A stretch of 54,055 bases of DNA, taken from Deltaproteobacteria bacterium. GTDB lineage: Bacteria > Myxococcota_A > UBA9042 > CAIXZC01. Each line of letters starts with the position of its first letter. Within the stretch, counting starts at the first letter, position 1. The notes under the pieces are model-generated. The model searched no databases. It worked only from the letters and a program-made list of their open reading frames with translations, and was not told the origin of the DNA. The translations under genes were made by a program, and so were the position numbers. Where the stretch lies: NCBI GenBank assembly GCA_016875215.1, contig VGRX01000005.1, positions 1-54,055 on the forward strand, given 5' to 3'. Positions 8,870-17,583 of this stretch are shown piece by piece.

Positions 8870-11449
8870 ATGAGAACCGACCAGTTCACGATCAAGGCAA
8901 GAGAAGCGGTGCTGGATGCGTTCCGCCTGGCAGGAAGCCGGCGCAACTCCCAGGTGGAGCCGATGCACCTGGTGTTCGTGCTGCTCCAGCAGCAGGACAG
9001 CCTGGTACCCGCTCTGCTGAAGCTGCTCGAGGCCGATTCGGCTGCACTCCGGAGGAAGCTCCTCGGGATGCTCGATTCCGCGCCGCAGATCTCCGAGGAA
9101 ACCGAGGCCCAGGCCTCCCGGGAGCTCTCCGCAGTGCTCGCCTCCGCCGCCAAGGAGGCCGCGTCCCTCGGCGACGAGTACGTCAGCACCGAGCACCTCC
9201 TGCTCGCCCTGGCGGCAGGCAAGGGGAACGTCGCCTTTCTCCTGTCGCAGGTCAGCGTCACACGGGACCGGATCCTGCTTGCGCTCAAGGAGCTGCGGGG
9301 CAACCTGCGAGTCACGTCCGAAGAGCCCGAGGGCACCTTCAAGTCGCTCGACAAGTACACACGGGACCTCACCCAGCTCGCCCGGCAGGGGAAGCTCGAC
9401 CCGATCGTCGGTCGTGACGAGGAGATCCGCCGGGTCGTGCAGGTGCTTTCCCGGCGCCACAAGAACAACCCGGTCCTCATCGGCGAGCCGGGCGTCGGCA
9501 AGACCGCAATTGCCGAGGGGTTGGCCCAGCGCATCGTGGCCGCCGACGTCCCCGAGCAGCTCAAGGAGAAGAGGCTGCTTGCCTTGGACATGGGGGCGCT
9601 GGTCGCAGGGGCCAAGTACCGCGGCGAGTTCGAGGAGCGCATGAAGGCCGTGCTCCAGGAGATATCCAAGGCCCAGGGCGAGATCATCCTCTTCATCGAC
9701 GAGATCCACACCGTCGTCGGGGCCGGCGCGGCCGAAGGCTCCCTCGATGCCTCCAACATGCTCAAGCCCGCTCTGGCAAGAGGCGAGCTGCACTGCATCG
9801 GTGCCACCACTCTGGACGAATACCGCAAGCGGATCGAGAAGGACCCCGCACTCGAGCGCCGCTTCCAGCCCGTCCTCGTCTCCGAGCCCTCGGTCGAGGA
9901 CTCGGTCAGCATCCTGCGAGGCATCAAGGAGAAGTACGAGATCCACCACGGCGTCAAGATCAAGGATGCCGCGGTGGTCGCGGCCGCACGCCTTTCGGCC
10001 CGGTACCTGACGGGCCGCAAGCTCCCGGACAAGGCCATCGACCTGGTGGACGAGGCCGCGGCAAGGCTGCGTGTCGAGATCGATTCCAAACCGGTCGAGA
10101 TCGATGAGCTCGAACGGAAGATGCTGACGCTGGAGGTCGAGAAACAGGTCGTCGAGAAGGAGGGCTCGGGGCCGGGCAGGGAGAACCTGGAGACGCTCAG
10201 CCGGAAGCTGGCCGACCTGCGGGAGGAGCTCGAACGTCTGCGTGCCCACTACCAGGCGGAGAAGGAGGCCATCGCCCGGATCCGCTCGGTCAAGGAGGAG
10301 CTGGACAAGGCCCGCAGCGAGGCCGAGGCGGCTACACGCCGGCTCGACTACGAGGCGCTCGGGCGGCTCAACCACGGCGAGATCCCACGACTGGAGGGGG
10401 AGCTGCAGCGGCACCAGGCCCGCCTGGCCGAGGTACAGAAGGACCGGCGCATGCTCAAGGAGGAGGTCGACGAGGAGGAGATCGCCCGCATCGTCTCCCT
10501 CTGGACCGGCATCCCCGTCTCCAAGATGCTCGAAGGGGAGATGGCCAGACTGGTCACCATGGAGGATGTGCTCGCCCGCCGGGTCGTGCACCAGGAGCAG
10601 GCGATTGCCGCGGTCTCGAGCGCAGTCCGCAGGGCCCGCTCCGGGCTCCAGGACCCCAACCGCCCGCTCGGCGTGTTCCTGTTCCTGGGACCGACGGGCG
10701 TGGGCAAGACCGAGCTGGTCAAGGCGCTCGCTGCATTCCTGTTCAACGACGAGCGGTCCGTGGTGCGCGTCGACATGAGCGAGTACATGGAGATGCACTC
10801 GGTCTCCCGGCTCATCGGCTCCCCGCCCGGCTACGTCGGGCACGAGGAGGGGGGCCAGCTCACGGAATCGGTCCGCCGCCGTCCTTACACCGTGGTCCTC
10901 TTCGACGAGGTCGAGAAAGCCCACCGCCAGGTCCTCAACGTCCTGCTCCAGGTGTTCGACGACGGCCGGCTCACCGATGGTCTGGGCCGTACCGTGGACT
11001 TCAGGAACGCGCTCATCGTCATGACTTCGAACCTCGGAAGCCACGAGCTGGCCGGGCTTCCCGAAGGGGCGCAGGACGAGTCCGAAGCCCGCATCCAGGT
11101 GGCGTTGAAGCTCCACTTCGCACCGGAGTTCCTCAACCGGATCGACGAGACCGTCGTGTTCAACCGTCTGCGCCGCGAAGACATCCGGGATATCGTCCGC
11201 ATCCAGGTCGAGCGGACCAACCAGCTCCTCCAGGACAAGGGGCTCCGCATCGAGCTGTCCCCCGAGGCGGTGGACCTCCTGGTCGAGGCCGGCTGGGACC
11301 CCGCGTTCGGTGCCCGGCCTCTCAAGCGGGCCATCCAGCGGCTCCTCATGGATCCGCTCTCGGTCAAGCTGCTCCAGGGCGAGCTGAGCCCTCCGGCGGA
11401 CATCCTCGTGAAGGCCGAAGGCGGCAAGCTCTCGTTCCGGATAGAGTAG
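8870..11449 (+). CDS. clpB: ATP-dependent disaggregase ClpB
   Basis: Clp N-domain; two Walker A motifs ([16 protein letters not shown]); middle coiled coil; GYVG pore loop; 859 aa. Confidence 0.97.
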   Translation: MRTDQFTIKAREAVLDAFRLAGSRRNSQVEPMHLVFVLLQQQDSLVPALLKLLEADSAALRRKLLGMLDSAPQISEETEAQASRELSAVLASAAKEAASLGDEYVSTEHLLLALAAGKGNVAFLLSQVSVTRDRILLALKELRGNLRVTSEEPEGTFKSLDKYTRDLTQLARQGKLDPIVGRDEEIRRVVQVLSRRHKNNPVLIGEPGVGKTAIAEGLAQRIVAADVPEQLKEKRLLALDMGALVAGAKYRGEFEERMKAVLQEISKAQGEIILFIDEIHTVVGAGAAEGSLDASNMLKPALARGELHCIGATTLDEYRKRIEKDPALERRFQPVLVSEPSVEDSVSILRGIKEKYEIHHGVKIKDAAVVAAARLSARYLTGRKLPDKAIDLVDEAAARLRVEIDSKPVEIDELERKMLTLEVEKQVVEKEGSGPGRENLETLSRKLADLREELERLRAHYQAEKEAIARIRSVKEELDKARSEAEAATRRLDYEALGRLNHGEIPRLEGELQRHQARLAEVQKDRRMLKEEVDEEEIARIVSLWTGIPVSKMLEGEMARLVTMEDVLARRVVHQEQAIAAVSSAVRRARSGLQDPNRPLGVFLFLGPTGVGKTELVKALAAFLFNDERSVVRVDMSEYMEMHSVSRLIGSPPGYVGHEEGGQLTESVRRRPYTVVLFDEVEKAHRQVLNVLLQVFDDGRLTDGLGRTVDFRNALIVMTSNLGSHELAGLPEGAQDESEARIQVALKLHFAPEFLNRIDETVVFNRLRREDIRDIVRIQVERTNQLLQDKGLRIELSPEAVDLLVEAGWDPAFGARPLKRAIQRLLMDPLSVKLLQGELSPPADILVKAEGGKLSFRIE

Positions 11450-11526
11450 AAGCGGGGTCGTTCGGGGCGAGTCGGCCCCGTACAGGTCGCCCCGCACTCA
11501 GCGGCGCCGCTCTCCGCTCTTTTGTG

Positions 11527-11556
11527 TTGATTTCTGGCAGAATACCCACATACTAT
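11527..11556 (+). promoter_or_regulatory. Possible sigma70 promoter for the Zn-ADH gene
   Basis: TTGATT-N18-TACTAT in an AT-rich patch. Confidence 0.35.
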
Positions 11557-11632
11557 AACTGCGATGCTGGTTGTTAGCTCCTCTTCCTGGTGTGGGGTAT
11601 GTGGTCCGGAGGGCCTGGGCAGGGGGGATTCC

Positions 11633-12640
11633 ATGCGAGCCTGGATCGTCGAGGAGCAACGTCCGATAGCCGAGCGCCCCTTGCGTTTTGTCGACCTGCC
11701 GGCCCCGGTGGCCGAGGGGACACAGGTCCGAATCCGCGTGGTCGCTTGCGGTCTGTGCCGCACGGATGGACACATAGCCGAGGGCGACCTGCCGCTCCAT
11801 CGCCGTCCGACCATTCCCGGACACCAGGTCGTCGGCGTCGTCGACCAGGTGGGCGCTCAGGTGACCATGCACCAGGTGGGAAGCCGGGTCGGTGTGGCCT
11901 GGATCGGGGGGGCCTGCGGGAGCTGCCGCGAGTGCCGGAGCGACCGTGAGAACTACTGCCCTCAGTTCCAGGGAACGGGCTGGCACCTTGCGGGTGGATA
12001 TGCCGAGTACATGGCCGTCGAGGAACGGTACGTGTACTCCCTTGGAGATCTCGCCATGGAGGATGCCCAGGCCGCTCCGCTGATGTGCCCGGGGACGACC
12101 GGGTACGCCGCGCTGCGTATGGCCGGCGTGGACCGCGGGGATCGGCTCGGGCTGTTCGGCTTCGGGCCTACCGCGTTCTACGTGCTGCGCATGGCCCGCA
12201 GCCTTGGGGTGGAGGTCCTGGTCAGCACCCGCGGCCAGGCCCGCAGGGAGCTTGCGGTCAAGGAGGGGGCATCGTGGGCCGGCAGTACCGACCGGGACCG
12301 GATCCCGGACGGCCTGGACGCGGCCATCGTCTTTCCCGCGGCCGGCAGCCTGGCCGAGCGTGCGCTTGCCGCAGTCCGCCCCGGCGGGGTCGTGGTTTCC
12401 GCTGCCATCGCCATGCCAGGCTTCGAGATCCGGGACTACCGCTCGAATTTCTGGGGCCGGGACTTCCGCACCCTGTACAATGTCCGGCCGACGGATGCCC
12501 AGGGGGTGATCCGCCAGGCCCGTTCGATCGACCTGGCCATGCCGGTCCGGGTGATCCAGCCCGAGCAGGTCCAGGAGGCCTTGCAGCGGGTGCTGGCCGG
12601 CGACCAACCGGAGCTGGCCACCGTGGTCCGCTGGCCCTGA
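11633..12640 (+). CDS. Zinc-dependent alcohol dehydrogenase (MDR family)
   Basis: CGLCRTDGH, IPGHQVVG, structural Zn motif CGSCRECRSDRENYC, PLMCPG, GLFGFGP. Confidence 0.92.
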   Translation: MRAWIVEEQRPIAERPLRFVDLPAPVAEGTQVRIRVVACGLCRTDGHIAEGDLPLHRRPTIPGHQVVGVVDQVGAQVTMHQVGSRVGVAWIGGACGSCRECRSDRENYCPQFQGTGWHLAGGYAEYMAVEERYVYSLGDLAMEDAQAAPLMCPGTTGYAALRMAGVDRGDRLGLFGFGPTAFYVLRMARSLGVEVLVSTRGQARRELAVKEGASWAGSTDRDRIPDGLDAAIVFPAAGSLAERALAAVRPGGVVVSAAIAMPGFEIRDYRSNFWGRDFRTLYNVRPTDAQGVIRQARSIDLAMPVRVIQPEQVQEALQRVLAGDQPELATVVRWP

Positions 12641-12910
12641 TCCACCATCTCGGGCCACCTGCGGCGCCTGCCTGGAAACATCCGTTTCATCCGTCACGGT
12701 GAACACCGGTCATGGGAACTCATTCGGCTGGCTCGGTCGCGCCTTCTTCTCTCTACTGCAACTGGCACCGATTGGCGTTCCAGGGATTGCCGCCATGGGC
12801 CGACTGGTCGCCGTTCCGGCGTCGTTGATGGTGGATTCGGGGTGGTAGCTCCCCTTGCCCTCCACCCTCTTCGGCGCTAAGGTTCCCCCTGTTGCTTCAC
12901 GGGGGTCCCC

Positions 12911-14047
12911 ATGGCCGTCCTTCCCCTGTCCGATCTCCACGCCTGGTTTCTTGCGCACCAGCGCGACCTGCCCTGGCGGCGACGTCGGGATGCCTACGCG
13001 GTCTGGCTCTCCGAGATCATGCTTCAGCAGACCCGGGTGGACACGGTGGTCCCCTACTTCGAACGGTTCGTGGCCCGGTTTCCCGGCTTCGAGGCTCTGG
13101 CCCTTGCGGACGAGCAGGAGGTGCTCAAGCTGTGGGAGGGGCTCGGCTACTATGCCCGGGCCCGCAACCTCCTGGCTGCGGCCCGTCGGATCGCGGCGCG
13201 GCACAACGGGCGGTTTCCCGACTCGCTCGACGCGGCCGAAGCGCTCCCCGGCATTGCACGCAGCACTGCGGGGGCCATCCTGTCGGCTGCCTACGACCGT
13301 CCCCTCCCGGTGCTCGACGGCAACGTCAAGCGTGTGCTGGCGAGGATCATGGCGATCCGGGAGGACCTGACCCGGCCCGCAGCCGTGCGCAAACTCTGGG
13401 AGACCGCGGGCGACCTCGTGCTTGCTGCCCCCGATCCCGACCGGCACAACCAGGCCATGATGGAGCTTGGGGCCACCTGCTGCACGCCCAGAGCCCCCGA
13501 CTGCGCCACCTGCCCGGTCGCAACGGCCTGCAAGGCCCTCGACCTGGGTATCCAGGCCGGCATTCCGGCACCGAAGAAGACCCGTACCATCCCGCATCAC
13601 CACGTGGCCGTCGCTGTGATCGTCGAGGACGGCAGGACCCTCATCCAGCAGCGTCCGTCCGAAGGGCTCCTCGGCGGGTTATGGGAGTTCCCCGGCGGCA
13701 AGGTCGAGCCCGGCGAAACCCCGGCCCAGGCCGTCGTGCGTGAGCTTGCCGAAGAGCTCGCCCTTGCCGTCGAAGCGGGCGACGAACTCGCCACGGTCAA
13801 GCACGCCTACAGCCATTTCCGGATCACGCTGCACGCGTTCTCCTGTCGCCGGATCCGGCAACCCCCCGTTGATTCCGGGCCCGCTGCATCCCGAACACCC
13901 GATGCGGCGGCTGTCTCACCGCCTCCCTGTGATCCGTCGCTTCCTCCGGCCGCCCGCACCGCCCGCTGGGTCCCCCTCGAACACCTCGACGACTACCCCT
14001 TCCCCAAGGCCAACAAGAAGGTCCTCGACAGGCTCCTCGGCCGTTGA
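12911..14047 (+). CDS. mutY: A/G-specific adenine DNA glycosylase MutY with C-terminal Nudix domain
   Basis: RDLPWR, WLSEIMLQQT, WEGLGYYARARNL, LDGNVKRV, Fe-S motif CCTPRAPDCATCPVATAC, LWEFPGGK. Confidence 0.96.
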   Translation: MAVLPLSDLHAWFLAHQRDLPWRRRRDAYAVWLSEIMLQQTRVDTVVPYFERFVARFPGFEALALADEQEVLKLWEGLGYYARARNLLAAARRIAARHNGRFPDSLDAAEALPGIARSTAGAILSAAYDRPLPVLDGNVKRVLARIMAIREDLTRPAAVRKLWETAGDLVLAAPDPDRHNQAMMELGATCCTPRAPDCATCPVATACKALDLGIQAGIPAPKKTRTIPHHHVAVAVIVEDGRTLIQQRPSEGLLGGLWEFPGGKVEPGETPAQAVVRELAEELALAVEAGDELATVKHAYSHFRITLHAFSCRRIRQPPVDSGPAASRTPDAAAVSPPPCDPSLPPAARTARWVPLEHLDDYPFPKANKKVLDRLLGR

Positions 14048-14090
14048 GCCGAACGGCTGCGGCCGAGGCGGTGCATGGGCCCGCGTCGCC

Positions 14091-14474
14091 TCAGCCCCCC
14101 GCCCCCTTCGCCCGCATCTTCCGCACCGCGGACTTCCGATGCGAATCGACCGTCCAGCCGGAGATGTTCAGGGCCGTGGCGATGTCGCTGCGCTTGAGGC
14201 CTGCGGCCAGCATCCGCATGACCTTTCGCTCCAAGGGGGTCAGGCCCTCTGCACCTTCCAACTCAGCGATCCGGCACGAGCTGAATCCCATCGTGCTCGG
14301 CAGGATCTGCTCGAAGCGGGCGACGCGGCGCAACGCATCGAAGAGCTCCCTGGTGCTGCAGCGGTGCAGGAGGATGCCCGTTGCTCCCGCCGCCACGAGC
14401 CGAGCGACGTCAGGTAGAGCTATGCGTTTGTTCAGTGACACGCCAAGTGGGGTGGGAGTATTCTGTTTCCGCAC
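14091..14474 (-). CDS. LuxR/NarL-type HTH protein with only the C-terminal part of a receiver domain (possibly a remnant); start uncertain
   Basis: AAGATGILL..CSTRELFDALRRVA (receiver end) followed by LTPLERKVMRMLAAG...IATALNISGWTVDSHRKS (LuxR HTH). Confidence 0.65.
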   Translation of the reverse strand: MRKQNTPTPLGVSLNKRIALPDVARLVAAGATGILLHRCSTRELFDALRRVARFEQILPSTMGFSSCRIAELEGAEGLTPLERKVMRMLAAGLKRSDIATALNISGWTVDSHRKSAVRKMRAKGAGG

Positions 14475-14591
14475 CAACGGTGCACCGGGTCCAGCGATTG
14501 AAGGGGCGAGGATCCAGGGGCCGAAGATCCTGTAGCATTGTCCGTGGACTCGCGGTAGCCTTGAGGCGCCCCGAGGGAGAGGGAGGTTCCA

Positions 14592-16649
14592 ATGCGTACA
14601 GGCTTGCGTTGTCGGCTTGCTGCGAGCTGGCGTTCTCCTGCCACGGATGCGATTGGCGTTCTGTTGGCCGTCCTGCTCGGGGCCGCCTGCGGCAGCATGG
14701 GAAGTCAGAGCCTGGACTCTGTCCCGGAACCCGATGTCGTGGAGAGCACGTGCAAGGCGGTTCCGCCCGGCGGCTACTGCAAGGACGGCCATGTCTACGA
14801 CTGCTCGGAAGAGGGCTTCTGCAACGCGGTGGAGTGCGAAGATGACGGCAACCCTTGCACCCTGGAAGTGATCGATCCGGCGACGCAGGCGTGTGCCCCA
14901 GTGGTCAACGAGGCGTGCCGGGAGCCGATCCGCAACATGATCCGCATCTTCCGCGGGGCCGCAGCCTACTACGCGATGTGGGATTGCTCTGGAGACGACA
15001 AGAAGTGCCATGCCCGGCCCCCGAAACTGGGCAAGCCGATCCCCATGGTGCAGGACCTCGCCCCTTCCGTCGGCACCTGCTGTACGGCGAACGGAGGACC
15101 GGACAAAGACGGAGATGGCTTCTGCGATCCCGACCACGAGAGATTCCGCAGCCCTGTCTGGCGAGTGCTGGGCTTCGGGCTGGACGGGGCACACCGCTAC
15201 TCCTATGGATTCGCAGAATCGGGCAGCGGCGCTTTTGGCGAGGAGATCTTCTCCATCCACGCCGTAGCGGACTTGGACTGCGACGGCAAGGCCGGAGAAT
15301 GGGTGCTGCGGGGGGCATTCAAGGCCGACCCGTCGGCCGCAGAACCGGACTACCTGGTCATGGCGGAGCCCATCGAGTTCGAGTATCTGCCCGAGGACGG
15401 CGACGGCGTCCGCAGCGTCCCGGCGGCATGGGCAGCGGAGCGGTTCTGGGAGAGAGCGACATGGGAAATCGTGGGAGTCGAGTACAGGCGAGGCATCCCA
15501 ATGGACACGTACTCCTACGAGTTCTCAGCCGGCGGTGCCTTTGCGCCGAGTCTTGACGACTCGCTCTTCTCCCGTCTCGACGAGCCCATCCGGAATCTCG
15601 CTCGGATCCACGATGCGGCAGTGCGCTACTACCAGATTCCAAAAGCACAGGTCGGTGCTCCTGCATGCCAACTGGCGGATCCTGCACTGGTGGAGAAGTA
15701 CGCACAATACCTTCCGGAATACCAAGCCCTGGACGAGGGCCCGACCCCGGTAGAGATGAACTGCTGCAAATCGACCTTCGGCAAAGACATGGATGGAAAT
15801 TCCCTGTGCGACCAGGACTCAGGGCAGTGGCTTGGTGGCTGGTCTACGATCGGATTCTTGCTACTCTCCCAACAAGCCTGGTGGTATTCGTTGCAGGAGC
15901 TTGCCGCCGGCTCGATTGCTGGTGCAGGATCCGACGCCTTCGGCTTCAAGGCCCTTGCAACGACAAGGGTGGGCTGCAGCTTCTCCGACAAGCAGGAGGT
16001 AACACTGATCCAAACGCTGTCCGCTGCGAACGGGAGATGCGACGTACCCAATTCCGGTGCCGACGAAACTGCGCTTCCCGACATGGAGTTCTTCCCCATG
16101 GGGAAGGAAGTGGGAAGCGTGGTTCTTCCCGTTCGGCGGGGGTGGATGAACCTGTTGGTCGGAAACGCCGGATGGCAAGGGGTCGGGGGATACAAGGAGG
16201 TCATGCCGAACCACGACCCCGACGTAGTCCTCTATGAGCCGATGTCCAGTCTCCAGGCAATCGCTCGCGGGATCTCGACGTACTGGGAAGAGCACTGCGG
16301 TTTGCCACCGCTTCCGGGTTGGACCCCGACCGAACACACCTGCTGCAAGGGCAGCCTGAGCAGTGGGCTGAAGCCGGCCTGTCTGGGGGACGACAAGAGC
16401 TGGGAGCACGAGTTCTGGACCGAGATCGGGTTCCGGATGTCCTTCCCCCACAGGTACGTCTACCGCGTCGAGACCACGGCCATGGACGACGGGGGGCTTC
16501 TCATTACCATCGAGGCCTCGGGCTCTCTGAGCTGCCACCTTGACTACCTGGAGGGAGGTTTTTTGCGATTTGGGGTCGCCTCCAGCGGTCCGGATGGCTG
16601 CACCGTGACCTGGATTCCGGGCTATGCTGAGTGGGGGCTGTTCATCTAG
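14592..16649 (+). CDS. Lipoprotein with three tandem type IV pilin-head-like domains
   Basis: Strong RBS; lipobox GAAC. Three repeats beginning EP(I/M)xx(M/L)xxIxxxxxxY, each with P..CC..C..W..(L/I)GF..Y; similar to the C-terminus of 32428..34182. Confidence 0.75.
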   Translation: MRTGLRCRLAASWRSPATDAIGVLLAVLLGAACGSMGSQSLDSVPEPDVVESTCKAVPPGGYCKDGHVYDCSEEGFCNAVECEDDGNPCTLEVIDPATQACAPVVNEACREPIRNMIRIFRGAAAYYAMWDCSGDDKKCHARPPKLGKPIPMVQDLAPSVGTCCTANGGPDKDGDGFCDPDHERFRSPVWRVLGFGLDGAHRYSYGFAESGSGAFGEEIFSIHAVADLDCDGKAGEWVLRGAFKADPSAAEPDYLVMAEPIEFEYLPEDGDGVRSVPAAWAAERFWERATWEIVGVEYRRGIPMDTYSYEFSAGGAFAPSLDDSLFSRLDEPIRNLARIHDAAVRYYQIPKAQVGAPACQLADPALVEKYAQYLPEYQALDEGPTPVEMNCCKSTFGKDMDGNSLCDQDSGQWLGGWSTIGFLLLSQQAWWYSLQELAAGSIAGAGSDAFGFKALATTRVGCSFSDKQEVTLIQTLSAANGRCDVPNSGADETALPDMEFFPMGKEVGSVVLPVRRGWMNLLVGNAGWQGVGGYKEVMPNHDPDVVLYEPMSSLQAIARGISTYWEEHCGLPPLPGWTPTEHTCCKGSLSSGLKPACLGDDKSWEHEFWTEIGFRMSFPHRYVYRVETTAMDDGGLLITIEASGSLSCHLDYLEGGFLRFGVASSGPDGCTVTWIPGYAEWGLFI

Positions 16650-16703
16650 TTCCCCGGAGCGGGAAGGGGACCGGGACGAAAAGTCCCGGTATCTGCGGGG
16701 AAC

Positions 16704-16772
16704 ATGAACGTCTCCATCGTCATCGTCACCTGCAACCGGCGGGAGCACCTGGAGCGAGCGGTAACCCCTTGA
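16704..16772 (+). pseudogene. N-terminal remnant of a GT2 glycosyltransferase
   Basis: MNVSIVIVTCNRREHLERAV is a typical GT2 first strand and helix; stop after 22 codons. Confidence 0.6.
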
Positions 16773-16845
16773 GCTCCTCGAGCATCTTCCGGATCCACAG
16801 CACTCTGCCCGCCACAACCTGCCTGTTCACTCCGGTACGCGTCAT
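16726..16845 (-). pseudogene. Truncated HepT/DUF86 (HEPN) toxin remnant
   Basis: Starts 1 nt after the MNT stop. MTRTGVNRQVVAGRVLWIRKMLEELKGLPL resembles DUF86 N-termini; ends after 39 codons with no RX4H motif. Confidence 0.65.
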
Positions 16846-16846
16846 G

Positions 16847-17281
16847 TCAGAACCCCAGGGTCTGCTTGAGGGTCTCTTCCCGATAGTGCCGGAACTCGTC
16901 GGCGCGGCGCATGATGTAGAGCTGGTACTCGGCCTCGAAGGTCTCGTCCGCCGCATGCAGCAGCTCTCCCTTCACGATTTCCAGCGCCAGGAAAGGGTCG
17001 GCGTCGGGCAGGGAGACCAGGTCTATGCGCGGCACGGAGAAAAGGTCCTCCAGCGCAGTGGAGAGGTCGACCTTCTCTGCGATGGAAAGGGGCCGCCCCG
17101 GCATGACGCCGATATCCAGGTCGGACCCTGGCGGTCCGGACTCGTCTCCGGCACCGAGAACCTTGCCAAGGGCTTCTCGGGCCCGGCTTCCGAAAGCGTA
17201 GACGGTCCGCAGTCCATATCGCGCCGCCAGAGCGGCCAACGCGTTTTTCAGAGGTTCGCCTGATTCGGGCGTATCCGCCAT
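16847..17281 (-). CDS. Minimal nucleotidyltransferase (MntA-type antitoxin)
   Basis: YAFGSRA...SDLDIGV motif, RIDLVSL, 144 aa; upstream of the HEPN remnant. Confidence 0.88.
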   Translation of the reverse strand: MADTPESGEPLKNALAALAARYGLRTVYAFGSRAREALGKVLGAGDESGPPGSDLDIGVMPGRPLSIAEKVDLSTALEDLFSVPRIDLVSLPDADPFLALEIVKGELLHAADETFEAEYQLYIMRRADEFRHYREETLKQTLGF

Positions 17282-17511
17282 CGCCTTTCCCTCGTCTCCA
17301 CGGCTCCAATGTAACGGCCTGTCCGATCGCAGTCAAGCTTGCACGGTCCATCGGACTGCCGGGAGCCCATTGACCTGCGTCCCTTCTGTAGCCACGATCT
17401 GTTTCGTCGTGGGGAGGTGGCGTCATGGTCAGCCGGAGCAGGCTGACCGATGCGCCGGATATGCCACGGGCGCGTGATGCGGACCTTCCGCCGCTGATTC
17501 GATCGTCCCTG

Positions 17512-17540
17512 CTTGCATCCTCGCTCCATCGACATATCTT
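17512..17540 (+). promoter_or_regulatory. Putative RpoH-type heat-shock promoter for htpG
   Basis: CTTG-N17-CATATCTT; matches the motif at 7477-7505. Confidence 0.55.
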
Positions 17541-17583
17541 GGTCCAAAGGGGACGCCCGAGGTCCGTTCCGAAGGAGATGCAG

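Noticed and set aside
7499-11497. 1332-aa minus-strand ORF, and similar long ORFs at 2175..5606 (+), 20215..24084 (-), 32404..34764 (-)
   Set aside because: Antisense shadows of clear genes (clpB/htrA, Cys-rich protein, OPT, pilin fusion), expected in high-GC DNA; no motifs of their own.
12712-12828. 38-codon ORF and a TGGCAC motif (12763) between adh and mutY
   Set aside because: No RBS or motif; the GG-to-GC spacing is one base short for a sigma-54 promoter.
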